Shown piece by piece: positions 39,362-52,132 of a DNA stretch of 64,000 nucleotides (within the stretch, counting starts at the first letter, position 1; each line of letters begins with the position of its first letter). The notes under the pieces are model-generated. The model was not told where the DNA came from. It saw nothing but the letters and a program-made list of their open reading frames with translations, and made no database searches. A program made the position numbers and the translations under genes. This DNA comes from Trichosphaerium sp. ATCC 40318 (taxonomy: Eukaryota; Protista; Tubulinea). The stretch is taken from positions 310,001-374,000 of the forward strand of contig JALMLS010000255.1 of assembly GCA_038496445.1 (NCBI GenBank). The letters run 5' to 3'.

Positions 39362-40624
39362 ATGCTTCCAGCCTTTCCTCCTCGCATCCAAAAAGCGATA
39401 ATGCGTATGGACACACAATTATTCATACAATGGCCTTTACTTTGTAGAGGAACCGCGGTATCAACAAAGTTCAATCGTAGCCTTCAAAGAAGTGGATTAT
39501 TCTTAATGAAGACGCCTTGTAAAAGTAATAACTTTGATTGTAAATCATCCAACCCAGACATCATTAAAGTCCGCTATATGCAAGGAAAACGTATTGGGCC
39601 ATGTACTCAATGGTACCATCATAAGACGACACATATTAAATGCTTCTACGCCGATTCTGGTCAATTACATGGAGAATTCCTCGAATTCTATCCTAACGGA
39701 AATTTGGTAGTTAAGTGTTTTTTTGCTTATGGTAGACTTAATGGAGTTTTCGATCGTTATCACATTGATGGTAGTAAAATAGAACAAAGTACTTACGAGA
39801 ACGGTATGCTACATGGTGAGAGCTTTCGCATGACAAAAGAAGGGTACATGAGACTCACATTATACACACAAAACGAGCCAATTCGATCAGAGTGGTACAA
39901 CAAGGCAGGCTCGCTTATAAAGAGCGAGAGCTACTATCAAGGACAAATTCATGGAAAAAAGATAGTGTATGCATACAACCGATCTGGAGAAAGAGTTGGC
40001 ATTGATTCATGTCAGTATACAAATGGGAAGAAAGATGGAGTTCATGAGATTCTACAAAACAATAGTGTAAAGTTTGTTGGGTTCTATAAAGACGGCATGG
40101 AACAGGGTTTGTTTCTATTATATCATCGTAATGGTAACTTGCGCTGGCGGGCAACATACAAAGATGGTAAACTACATGGTGAAGCTACTATATGGGAAAG
40201 CGATGGCATAAAGACATCTGAGTGTTGCTACTTTGAAGGAAACTTAGAAGGCTTGTTTCAGAAATGGTACCCTGATGGACAACTAAAGGAAGCATCTCAA
40301 TATTCACAAGGTGTAATTCATGGAGCTATGAGGGTCTGGAGCAAACAAGGGCAACTCGTAAAGTGCTTTAACTACAAAGCTGGAAAACTTGATGGAAATC
40401 AAGTAACCTTTCACCCAAGTGGACGTCATTGGCAAGTATTCGTTGCTGTAGATGGTGTGCGAGATGGTATTTATCATGAACTATACGAAACTGGTAAAGT
40501 GAAGATGTATTGTGGGTTTTCTAAAGGTCAACTTAACGGGTCTTATGAAGAATATGATCAAAATGGAGTATTAAAGGTTAAGCGTAGCTACATTCAAGGG
40601 CGGAGTTGCGTTGACTTGTGTTAA
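39362..40624 (+). CDS. Intronless F-box-like plus long MORN2 repeat protein (paralogue of 23561-24109)
   Basis: PAFPPRIQKAIMRMDTQLFIQWPLLCR N-terminus aligns to the paralogue; many repeats such as YHRNGNLRWRATYKDGKLHGEATIWESDG. Confidence 0.88.
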   Translation: MLPAFPPRIQKAIMRMDTQLFIQWPLLCRGTAVSTKFNRSLQRSGLFLMKTPCKSNNFDCKSSNPDIIKVRYMQGKRIGPCTQWYHHKTTHIKCFYADSGQLHGEFLEFYPNGNLVVKCFFAYGRLNGVFDRYHIDGSKIEQSTYENGMLHGESFRMTKEGYMRLTLYTQNEPIRSEWYNKAGSLIKSESYYQGQIHGKKIVYAYNRSGERVGIDSCQYTNGKKDGVHEILQNNSVKFVGFYKDGMEQGLFLLYHRNGNLRWRATYKDGKLHGEATIWESDGIKTSECCYFEGNLEGLFQKWYPDGQLKEASQYSQGVIHGAMRVWSKQGQLVKCFNYKAGKLDGNQVTFHPSGRHWQVFVAVDGVRDGIYHELYETGKVKMYCGFSKGQLNGSYEEYDQNGVLKVKRSYIQGRSCVDLC

Positions 40625-40770
40625 GCACATACTAAAATAAAAACCATTGCCAATGTACCAAATACAGTTTACTTAAAGTGTAATGTGCTTGTATTCTAAT
40701 TGATTGAATCGGATTATACTTACACTTAACTCTTTGTGGTAAAAATGTTGACGTTTTTTCAAAATTGTTA

Positions 40771-43700
40771 TTAACGGCATCTGTAGAGGTCACAAGAGCA
40801 TGAACACTCTAAGCAAGCATCAAAAGCAGATGAACATGGACAGTTTCTATTCCACACATCCCATTCTTGGTATACACAATCTACAACTTGTGCGATTATA
40901 GCTCCAGTTTCGCACGATGGACTGAACTCTTTGCAAGCGCTACAAGGGAAGTAAGAAAGATATCACGTGGTGGTTTTTTTTATAGCTCAACACATACCTC
41001 TCGCATTGCTCTTCTATCATTGTTCTCGCCGCTTCTCGTGCTTCGGTTGCGTTACAACCTAATACGCATTTCTGCTGAACGTTAAATTACTGTGTGCTTG
41101 ATCAGTTCGTGCCTGTTCACAAACAATCGGCGGAGGATTACAAATAGGCATTTCTGTTGGCGCCATTGCTTTAAAAAATCAGTCAGGTTTTAATGTTGTC
41201 AAGTGTCTAGAACGTACACGGTGATAGTGTTGTTGGAGGCATCGTGGGAGATTCTGTTGTAGGTGGGGAAGTTGTTGGCGATCTTGTGGTTGGTGGTATT
41301 GTAGTGGGAGGACTTAAAGTAGGAACAACGGTAGGAGGTTGAGTTGTGGGCGGTGCTATCGGTGCAATGGTCGTTGGCGGAGTTGTAGGCGCAATTGTTG
41401 GTTCTAAAGTAGGTGGAGATGTTGTAGGCATTGTAGTTGTTGGCGCTGGCGTTGTTGGCGGTAATGTTGTCGGAGCTAAAGTAGTGGGAGGCTGTGTAGT
41501 AGGTGGTAGAGTGGTAGGTGCAGTTGTGCATGAGCCGTCCGGTATGCATATACCTGTTCCATCACATAGACTTGTACATTGTGTCGCTACTTATGTTAGA
41601 GTTGTTTTTTAGTTAAAGGCTCGTACCAGGATCTATGCAAGACGAGTTCACAGGTAGAGGATCATCTAATATAACACAGACGCCAGTACCGACTGTTTTT
41701 TAGTTAGTACTCATTTCAAGATTGTTTCGATCAAAAAAATAGGATTTGGTTTTTGGACTTGCCTGAACAGAAAGAATCAAAACAAGACATTCTACTTGTA
41801 CATTCTTCTTCCATCGCTATTGATATACATTCATTGGAACAACAAGGTGATGGATTATCACATTCTTCCTAGAACAATAAAGCAATTTAAAAAACAACTT
41901 TTTTGTTGACACATACGTTTCCCTCTCGAATATTGTTACCACATACTGCTGTACCATTATTCTCTACCTCTGGAACTAATCGGAAAAGATAATCTCCAGT
42001 TTGGTCTCTTGTAATAATCAAGACTTCACCCATTGCGTCCCTTGTGAATCCACCTTTTTGGAAGAAAGAATATCATTAATTACAGATATTTAGTTTTTTC
42101 TTTATCGATTGCTGAAAAGTTTGGTTTTAGCTACCTTACTTACTTACTAAAAATGGGACATCAAGAGTTTCTATTGATACTACAGAAGTATCATTAAACT
42201 CTAACGCTGCAATGAATTGTCCTACAGCGTCACCAAATATGAATTTACCGACTAACGAAGGATTTCTTTGAGCTCTGTTTTGCAACAAAAACAAAGTTAA
42301 CACGATTGATATATAACTTATTAACACTTTACCTGTAAACAAATCCACCTATAGCAGCTGAACCAGTTGGTGGGTCACCAAATGATCTGTAAGTGTATAA
42401 CTGGCAAGGCAAGTAAGTCTTTTAAGAAAAAAACAAGAAAAAGAAAAAAAGAGGTACGGGAAAAGAAAAACCATCCCTATCATCACACAGGTCTGTAAAG
42501 AACCCATTAGGTGTACATCCTGGTCCCTACACATAATATTAATTAACCACATTCCAACATCAGCTAGTAAAGTATTTAACCTCAAATATTGGCCAACCAT
42601 AGTTGCGAGGCTCTGTACAATCATTGTTAGTTTGTGATGGTATTAAAATATTAAAAATACTTGTTCACGTACGCAATGAAACGCTAGGCAAGAAATTTAT
42701 TTCTTGATACGAATCCCCAGAAGCAAATAAACCACCATCAGTAAAAAACCACGCTTTGTCACATTAGAAATACATGACCAAGAAAGCAAAGTGATGATAA
42801 AAAAAGAGAGGTGTAAAAATTATTTACGTTGGTCTTGTGCTTCAACTTCAAAGTTTATCGTCAGTGCATTTCTGATTCCAGTATAAAAGATTTCACTTCT
42901 CCTGTCGGGATCATTCACAAACGGATTCGTTTCAGGTATTGTATAAGGCAAGGTCCTTTGATTAGAACAAAGTCAATGATTGTAAATAAACATCGCTTTA
43001 CGCACGTGACATTAATTCTAAGTATAGAACCGAGTAACGAATTAGCATCTTGTGCACTTCCAGATGGATTCAAGCGACCACCACCATCACCTTTTGTGCG
43101 CAATCAGCGACCTGACAACAAAATACAGCGTGTCCAAGGTGAAACTTACCTATTGGTATGTACAGCAAGCCACTGTCGCCGAATGACATGTCAGCTCCAT
43201 AATGGTTATCAAAAGGGTCACCTCCTGAAGGAGCTATATATAATTAGATAGAGGTACGAGGGTATAATCGTACGCAAGTTTTCAATACTGAGGACCTCTG
43301 TAAGGAATCCAGAAAACACATTGAAGTCGGTTGAATACACGATTTGAGCAATCACCACAGTTCTTGATGCAATAGAAGGTGTATAGCTGATAGTTGTTTT
43401 TAAAAAGAGGTGGTACTTATTATACACTTACCGTATAAACGCCTTCCTATTGTCACAAACTGCAACACATTAAAAATCAACGTTTGAAAAAAAAATAAAA
43501 AAAGTTGGATGTCAAACATCGATGTGACGATTGGTATCATAGCAAATGGCTATTTAATGTTTGTGATAGATAACAATCACGTATTTAATTGAGTAAAATA
43601 ACGTACAATTTGGGTGAAGCTCTAACCCGAGCAAGCCTGCTTCTGAGCCACTCCTAGCCCGATAAAAATTATTTCCGGAAATGCCCAAAACAAAAGGTAA

Positions 43701-44145
43701 ATCTAGAGCTCTCCCTATTACATCCGTCTACCACTTGCATATCAGAAACAAAATAACTAGTAAGAAATATGTAGTACGTCTTGGTCGTTTGAAAATTGAT
43801 ATATGATACCTACACGTGTCGCTTAGTAACAGTATTATGAATTAAAGAAACTTTAATTACAGTGCACTTTTTTGTTTTTTCGTAAAGTATTTTTATTTTG
43901 TACCATCCTGATCAACTAGAAAGTATAAATCGTCGCAAAAGTTATACTCTATATCAATAAACGCTGCTTGTGCACCAGATGCAGCAATTGGAAGCCTTTC
44001 GAAGGTAGGCTCGACTTGAAGTCCTTGGAGTATTACCACGGCTGTTATTAAACGTTAAAACGCCTCTACAACTACACAGTACGAAGATACACATACGTAT
44101 ATGAAACACCGCCAAAATTACGAAAATAAACACCACGTGACGCAT
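40771..44145 (-). CDS. Secreted glucose/sorbosone dehydrogenase (GSDH/HIPL-like) beta-propeller with disintegrin-like Cys module, Pro/Thr mucin stalk and C-terminal Cys-rich domain
   Basis: Signal peptide; SEAGLLGLELHPN, NHYGADMSFGDSGLLYI, GDGGG...AQDANSLLGSILRINV, YTIPETNPF, NYGWP, IGGFVYR and GKFIFGD; CGNNIREG..EECDNPSPCC; PPTT repeats at 41220-41525. Confidence 0.85.
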
Positions 44146-44342
44146 ATTTTCTGTAACCGGTGGTTATCACTCCTTTTAATCTGCTGCTTAGATTTTTGTG
44201 CACTAAATAAGTGCCAACTTGACAGCGACTAGTACATAAGTCACAGACCTCATCAAAAAAAAAAATGGTGCAAGGACTCAGTTTGACATTTTAGGTTTTT
44301 TTGCGATTGAAATAATGGGTCATCTTCGCTCTAATATACATT

Positions 44343-47300
44343 TTATTGTGACAGCGAATCTATCCAGATCCACATACTATCAAGAACTCCTGGAGGTTCT
44401 GGCTCTGGTTCTGGTTCTGGTTCCGTAAAATTAGTGATGTAAAATTGAGTGATATTTTCTATAATATCGTCCATCTGTACAAGTATTGGTTCAAACCCTG
44501 AAGGTCTATACCAGTATAAATAAGCTAATAAGCTTGCTGTAATTATAATACAACTAAATAAGAATATCCAAAAGCCACAGAAGCAAGAGCATAAGTAAGA
44601 ACATCCCTTCGATGATTCCGATTCTGTATCGCTGCTTATACTTTCTTGTTGTTTCTGTAAATGCAGCGCTAGAGTACTCTTTGCTTCTTCAAACATCCTC
44701 TTCCTAAACGCGAAAAACCATTAACATGGGAACATAAACATGGCAGTTGTAAAGAAAAAAGACATGGTAATCGGGCGTGACCCAAAACAAAATTTGAAGG
44801 AAAGAAACTAAAGAATCTACCTTGTTTCAGCACGGCTTCGCTGTTCTGCCATGCGATGCTTCTCAAGTGCTGCTTTTAATGCGACCTGTTTCTCACTTAA
44901 CTCGTGATCACGTTCTGTAAGAAGTCGTTGTAATCTTGCATTACTCTCTGTAAGGCACTAGCGGAAAAAAAAGTGAGTTTCTAAAATAATCAAAGAGAAT
45001 ACCCTCTCGCGTTCTCGTAGTTCCGCAATACGACCAGATTCAAAATACGAAGCATCAGGCTCAGCACCTATAATAAAAAGAACAGTGTCAAGAGGTTGAT
45101 GTTCATTAAAAAAAAGAATCAAAAGTCAAACTTACTCTTCATAGGAAGAATATCTTCGCCTTGAAGATTCTCCAAGAGAACATCATCAGCAAGAATTACC
45201 TCACTTTCCAGTTCCATCTCTTGCTTTTCAATAGACTATATTTAAAGGTTTGTAAGTAATAACTAAGTACAAGTACGTACAGCAGCAGAAACAGCAGAAA
45301 GAGGAGCACTATCCTCTCTACCAAAATTTTCAAGAATATCATCGATATTATCAAAAAGCATAGCAGAGTCCTTATCAACTTCATCATCGCCTTCCTCACT
45401 ACCGTCATTGTTTTGTTCATCCTCTGGACCACCTCTTACTACTTTCTTCCCATCATGATCATCGTCTTGATCCTCATCGTCCCATTTCCTGTCCAGCAAG
45501 CCTGCTTCACGTAAAGGTAAGGGTGGTATGAAAGGGTAATTCAATTTACCACTAGAACTCAATTTTGAAGTTTCCACATCTTTGTCTTCTTCTCCAAAAG
45601 CGCCATCAACATAATGCTCGTTGTCGCCAGAAGTATAGTACTCATCATCGTCTTCATTCTCGGGCTCATCAAATCCAATTTCATTAGTGTTTGCATCTGT
45701 AGCTACAGCTTGAGGAGTATCGTCAAGCATAATATCACCAAGGGCTATATCAGGAGGAAATACAGTAGATGGAACATGACCTTCCACTTCATCAGATCCA
45801 GTGTCGTAATCGGCAAAAGTGAGCGCAGTAGAAGCGTGGCCGGATCCTGTTTCGAGTACTAGATCACTTTCTATCACGTCACCAAAAGCGGCTTCTCTGA
45901 CGCCATCGTCATCATGTTCGGGTGCCAGAGTCGTATCTACTATTTCCGATGTAGCATCTTCTACTGGATATGGAGATTCATCATCGCTCTCGTCGTTGTT
46001 GTGAATAATATACGACTGTCGCGCACTACCAACAAATAGGTCCTCTTCTACATTGTCGTCCACCGTAGGGTCTTGGTTGCTTTCAAACACTTGGTTTGCT
46101 TCTGTTTCTTCGAATTGATCTTCATCACCCACTGCTTTATTATACTCCGATTCTTCCGGGTACGCCTCTGCGTTGTTGTCGTTCGAAGACAGTTGTGAAT
46201 TTACACTATGTCGTTCAGCTTCGTCATCGGAATAAGCTAGCGGAGACTCAGTTGCAATAATTTGGTCTTCTTCGACTTGATCTGGTTCGCTTGATACTTC
46301 TTGCGCCTCTTGAGGAACTTCATCTTCGGTACGATAACTACTTACTTTTTTCGCGGGAGAATACCAAGTGATGGCGTCTCCACCGCTCTCAAGATGTTCA
46401 GCAGAAAGAAATTCCGGTGATTCCATCGTTCCTGAAGGTGACTCAGGCGCTACAACAGTAGCTTCGAAGCTATCTCCGGAAGCACGTGGAGGTACAACAA
46501 TAGGTTCTGTTTCAATAGTAGGGCTTTCTTCTGGTACCTATTCAAACCTTTAAAACCCAAGAACTGCCATCTACTATTTCTTGAAAACGTACTGGTGGCC
46601 CAGGTAGAGCAAAGTCTAGTAGAGCATCAAGATCTGTAAATGTCATACGCCTATTATTCTTTGCTTTAAACTCTGACCTATCAGCATCTATTTACTGTAT
46701 AAGCAATAAAAACCGAATATCTAGTTCTAATGTACTCGCTAAAGGATCTTCTTCCACCACAACAGGGTCAGGTTTTGAGTCTTCTTCATCTCCAGTATCT
46801 TCTTCCTCTAGATATATAACATTATGACATGATGGTAAAGCAATATTTGCGTGCCTTTGAGTGTAACGGTAAACTTAGGAAACAGTAACTCTGTGCGATG
46901 AAATACTTCAATTGTATATTCACCTATCGCTTGAGCGAACCATTGAACATCAAACGAATTATCACCATTATCAAATACAGTACCCTAAAAGCGTTAGAAA
47001 TACATCCATTTCTCAGGAGAAAATACTAAAGAAAAACAGCGTGACGTACCATTGTTACATCGTCTTCTGGGCTTGTGATTCTAACACGTGTTTCTGTCTC
47101 AAGACATCGAATAGCTTTACCTTTTTTAGTTGTTGGTACCATCGTGAATGTATTTTCTCCTTGTTTAAGAGCTTCACTATGAAGACCAGCACCAAATACA
47201 GTAGCAGCAGTGAGTACTGCTTTTGGTCTAGACTTTTTGGAGATTTTCTTTGAAGATCGACGTTTTGGCTTTTGTGAGTCCTCGCAGAGTCTCAAAAAGT

Positions 47301-48635
47301 CACACCACTCAGCTCTGTTACAAGTACGTTTCATAAAGTTTGACTATTTTTAAGTACATCGTTTAGTAAAAAGGTAATGAACTAAGATTACGTACACGAA
47401 GTAGTTTTTTAGTTGATGGCCTTTTTTGGACATTTTTTGATAGACAACTGTTTATGAACTTTATAAAATCTGGTGTCCAAAGAACTGGATTACTAACGGA
47501 GTGTTTAGTTATTTGTATCTTTATACGTAGGTATACATACCTTAACTTTGGTGATTCGTCAGTAGCAATCTTGTTCAGACATTCCATGACAGATAAACCG
47601 TAATGCGGTGGTTCACCTGTAATAATAGTTAAATAAAGTATTTGTATTGTAGATCATTTGAGAGTAACTAACCTTCTGCCATTTCGTATGCTGTAATACC
47701 TAAAGACCATACGTCTACCTTATTGTTGTAATCCATACCCACAATAAGTTCTGGAGCCATCCTATATAGTAATAAGAAGCGCATATAATTTTAGACAAAT
47801 GTACCATAGCCTAGTGCCAAGGATTGTTTGCCTCTTCTTATTCCTTGACGTCAATTGCGCAGAAAATCCAAAATCAGCTACCCTTAGCGTAAACAAATAC
47901 ATTCATGTACTATCAAGTACTCACCAAGCTTAACATCACCCTTACTATTCAGCAAGATCTGCAAAAAAAAAGTTAAAAAAAGCTGTAAAAAAAAAAAATC
48001 TGTCATACATTATCGCTCTTGATGTCCCTAATTCAAAGTGTTAATATTGAAGCAGCAACTCAATACGCGTAATACCTATGCATTCTGGAATTGCTGTGCA
48101 AAAATTCTAACGCCTGAAGCACGTGGAATGTAACGTATGCAATATGCTTTTCTTCCATTGGAACCTGTGTTTTAGGTATCAACCAATCTGTCAACGCGCC
48201 TAATATGACGATTAAACGTGAGTGTCTTTTTTTTTTTTGTATTTGGCGCGCACCACAATCCATGTACTCTAATACTATCCAAACGCTCTTTTTAATGGCG
48301 AAGGTGTCTCTGATTGCAACTATATTGTGATGTGATAGCGTAGTTAATAAAGACACCTGATAATTGATTAGAATGTTATAAGCGATTGTTTGGGGTTGTT
48401 TTACCTCCGATCGTAGAGTTTTGAGCGTTGAAGATTTTATTTCAGTAATTTTGATGGCTACTTCTTGTCCTGTTTTTGCATTGCGTGATCTGTAAACAGA
48501 TCCAGTACCACTATTAAACAGTTTTTTGAGCTAAAAATTATAAACTTGCTTTACGTACCCTTGGCCGACCTTCTTACGCGATGGGTATAACGCTCGAGCC
48601 TCTTTAAGGGATATTGAACGCCACAGCTCCGCCAT
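44343..48635 (-). CDS. STE20/PAK-like Ser/Thr kinase with filamin repeat, acidic region, coiled coil and C-terminal TM helix
   Basis: VGQG|GTG, VAIK, HR|DIKSDN|[17 protein letters not shown]|MAPE and DVWSLGI. Filamin-like VFGAGL...[13 protein letters not shown]...GEYTIEV. Downstream exons splice in frame through to the [23 protein letters not shown]. Confidence 0.85.
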
Positions 48636-48821
48636 GCCATACTACTATGAGTATTTCTATCTCTTAAGCTCTACCAATAGGTTTTACACAATAACTGCAA
48701 GTGTTTGGTACAATTCGCCCGATTAAGGCTTTATTTTCTATTTCTCATCAAGAAAAATCATTACTTTTGGTTACCACAAACGGTGTAATAACGTTGTCTC
48801 GTTGTTTTACTTCTCTGAGCT

Positions 48822-49758
48822 TCATTTTTTGTCCGTCTTCGGCTTCGGCACGCACGTTACGCTGATTTCTAATGAAACTCGTTCCTAATCATTGTAAGAC
48901 CAAACACGCACTTGAAGAGTACCTTATGATTTATTGAATCGTTTCGCAACCCAGAAGCATCAACCTGTTGACCGTGGCCTGTGTAAACAGCACTATGAAA
49001 AACTTTTTCACCATCAAAAATAATAAATTGCCTTGCTATATCCCTAAATGACATTTAGCAAACTCATGCCAACTGTGGGTACTTACTTGAACCATCCCCA
49101 TTTACCCTCCTTCTGTGGCTTTATATCACCGTGTTCTGGCACTTGAATGATGTGTCAGAATAAAAAAGTGACATCCGTTGACGCACGTGATTCTGGTGGT
49201 AAGCATAGAGCAAGAGGGTACGCCAGTGGTGGCGGGCTCAACGCTATCCACGCTTTGTATCGACGCCATCCTGGTAGGGAGTGCAACGCATAATCTTTGT
49301 GTACCTAGGTGGGTTGAATTCGAGTTCATTCGTTTTTACGAACCTGAGGTAAGTACGGCGTTCTAGATCCATCGCGAATTTTAGGGTTAAATAGCTTTAC
49401 TGTATATCCTGGGTGCGCTAATAAGCTTTAAAAGAAGGAAAGAGAGCCATGACGTACATTTTAAGAGAAATTGCTCAAGTTCGCCTCTGATATCATTCAT
49501 TGCTGTCAAAAGTGATGTGTCAGCGCATTTCGAGCCTTGCTCAGAGGATTGCGCCGTGTGCCATAATTGTATAATTTGCTCATGAGTTATACTTCCCTCG
49601 TTGTATAAAATATCGCACGCAGACGCGATTGAACTGCTGCTAAGAGAGAAAAGGCCATCTAGTGGTAGGTTCAATTCACGCTTTGTAAAGTCTATTAATT
49701 CTATGTCACAGACATCCCCACCACTGAAATAAAGCGTAACGGATTGTTTATCTTCCAT
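48822..49758 (-). CDS. AsaB/CmcJ/NvfI/GA4-desaturase-like Fe(II)/2-oxoglutarate dioxygenase
   Basis: Spliced: LFNPKIR...LPQ|VHKDY...YKAWIALSPPPLAYPLAL...KWGWFK...FIIFDGEKVFHSA...|ERVSLEI, giving HxD, distal H and an RxSxE motif. Confidence 0.65.
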
Positions 49759-49926
49759 AATACTAGCTTCATACGTTACTGACAGTCTTTTTTCAAAACA
49801 AGATTGACTTAATTAGTTTCGCCTAACCGATGCGACGTGTTGATAGATACATAACTCGCCGCAAGTACAACAAATGTTTGACATTTAATACAGGTTTTTT
49901 TGAAAAATTTCTGGTGACACTTGTGC

Positions 49927-51101
49927 TTACAACCGGCTGGTTTTTATCTTGACAATTTCAGTTTTTTGATCAAACGAAGTTCTGTGTTCTCAAGAGCCCA
50001 AGTATGTTCAATCAATTGTAAATTTTCTCTGGCGTCTTTGTACGCCTTACTAGGATCAGATCCCATCATACCAGCTGCACCGCCTTGCATACTTTGCATT
50101 TGCATTCTCATCATTTGAGCTTCATCAGCCTCTGATTTTGAAAAAAAATAAACAAAAAAAGAAGCATTTAATTAAACTTTGACGTACTGTTGTTACCGCC
50201 AAGGAACATGCTAATTAAACCACGTAACCCGACCAAATTAAGGACATACCAGCTCATTGAACTAACATAACGTACATCTAATATAAATGTAAATTTATTA
50301 AAAGATAAAAAATAAAATAATTGTTTAGACTCATATGAGCGTTGTAGCGTACCAAGTTGGCGTAGACCTAATCCACTTTGTAACATAGGTCTGAATCCTT
50401 CCGTCATACCGAATGGTAGCTTGACTAGTAGTGTCAGAGAAGTGCTAGACGCGTTTTGTTTTTGAGAAAACGTAAAAACGCAGGGTTATCGCGAACTACG
50501 TACGGGCAACGAAACCAGCAAAGAAATGATCAATCCACGTATAAACAAGCAAGTTGGAGACCAACATTGCTGCATTACGTTTCATCATAGAGTTCATGTT
50601 CATAGGGTCCATCATCTGATGTGTAAGTGAGCATAAGGTAAAGTACAAATGACATTTCAAGTACAGGGTTATTCATCATTGAGTTTGTTCCGCCAGCGGC
50701 TTTTTTAGCTTCTGCCATAGCGATTTTCTTGCTTAGCAAACCTGTGACGCGTATTAGTGGAGATTAAGAGTGTATGTGTCTATTACCTTTGTTTTTGTCT
50801 TGGGCGATTAGAAACTGGCGTCTACTTTCGAAGGAGCTTTCAGGAATGTGATGAGCACTAGTTTGAAGTCGTGTCGCATTTAACAATAATTGACTGCATA
50901 ATACGTGTCAAACGCGTTTATAGTGTTGTTTGTTAACAAATATAAGGCGTACCCATCAACTAGTTTATCAAATTGAGTTTTTGGCACAGAAGAGATTAAC
51001 ACTGTAATGTGGTGGCGTAGTATGCTTACAGCAAACATAAGCACAACAATTGGCAAAACTACCCAATTTCTGATATTTGGATCTAGCAACAACTCCATCA
51101 T
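49927..51101 (-). CDS. EMC3: ER membrane protein complex subunit 3
   Basis: ELLLDPNIRNWVVLPI, WIDHFFAGFV, KLPFGMTEGFRPMLQSG and LDVRYVSSMSWYVLNLVGLRG. Confidence 0.93.
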
Positions 51102-52132
51102 TGTGTTACAAACGAGTGTTGTACGTCGGCAAAAAAAAAGCTGACTGGTTATTAAGTTTGACACTCCAGCTATTTGGCGCTTAAGTGATCACCAATCAGG
51201 CCTAGTGGACGAGCTGTAGCCTAAATAAACGCGCGCGTAGTACGTATTACAGTTTATTGTAACATTATAGATTTCTTTGTTTCTGACACTTTAACCACTT
51301 TCTTTAGCTATTACGAGGTTACTACAAATTTGCACAAGACAGATTGTGTTATATTATCTCGAGCTCTCTCGTATCACGTGAATACACGCATTTTTATTTG
51401 AACGGTCTCTACGGTATATAGCGCTGTGAATGGATGTCACTGTTGGTTAATTTCCTAAAGCGTCTGAAGCGGATTCGTTTTACAACTTTCCAAGTTGTAT
51501 CCTGGGTCAACTTGCAATTAGTTTACAACGAATCAAGCCAGTATTAGTGTCTTAGAAGCACTCGAGTTTGAGTGAAAGTAGGATATAGCTCGCATAAAGA
51601 GTACGTACTGATCCACAGTATAGTTCATGAGGGCACGTTGCTTTAGTAGTTTCGACGGCTGTGAACTATCCGTACCAACACGGGTAAATATCTAGATTAA
51701 TCCACAGTTGGCAGAGTTTACAGACTGGTAATCACATTGGCGTAGCGAGTTGAAATTAGTTAAGAAAAATGCTAACTCGTAGTCTTTTTCCCTCGGAAGA
51801 TGCGGTATGTAGTTTACCCGTACTATTCATACACCCCAAACGTTTACAACTTGATCGTATGTATGCTGACGCTAGTCACATGTCGCGTTTTGACAGACAA
51901 AGTGAAACTGCGGGTAAATCGTATTTGCTGATTAAAAGAAAAGCTGTAACGTCATCTGTGAACTACGCTGGAATATAAAATAAGATACAGGGACATTGAT
52001 TTAGCCGTTCTACCGAATTGAGCTCAGAAAACCGGATAAAAGTTTAAATCTTTGGAATTTTCTGCGGTTAAGTATTTCTCCCTTCCGGTCTACAAAAATA
52101 CTAATTACTCTGATCACTCCATAGTGCACATC

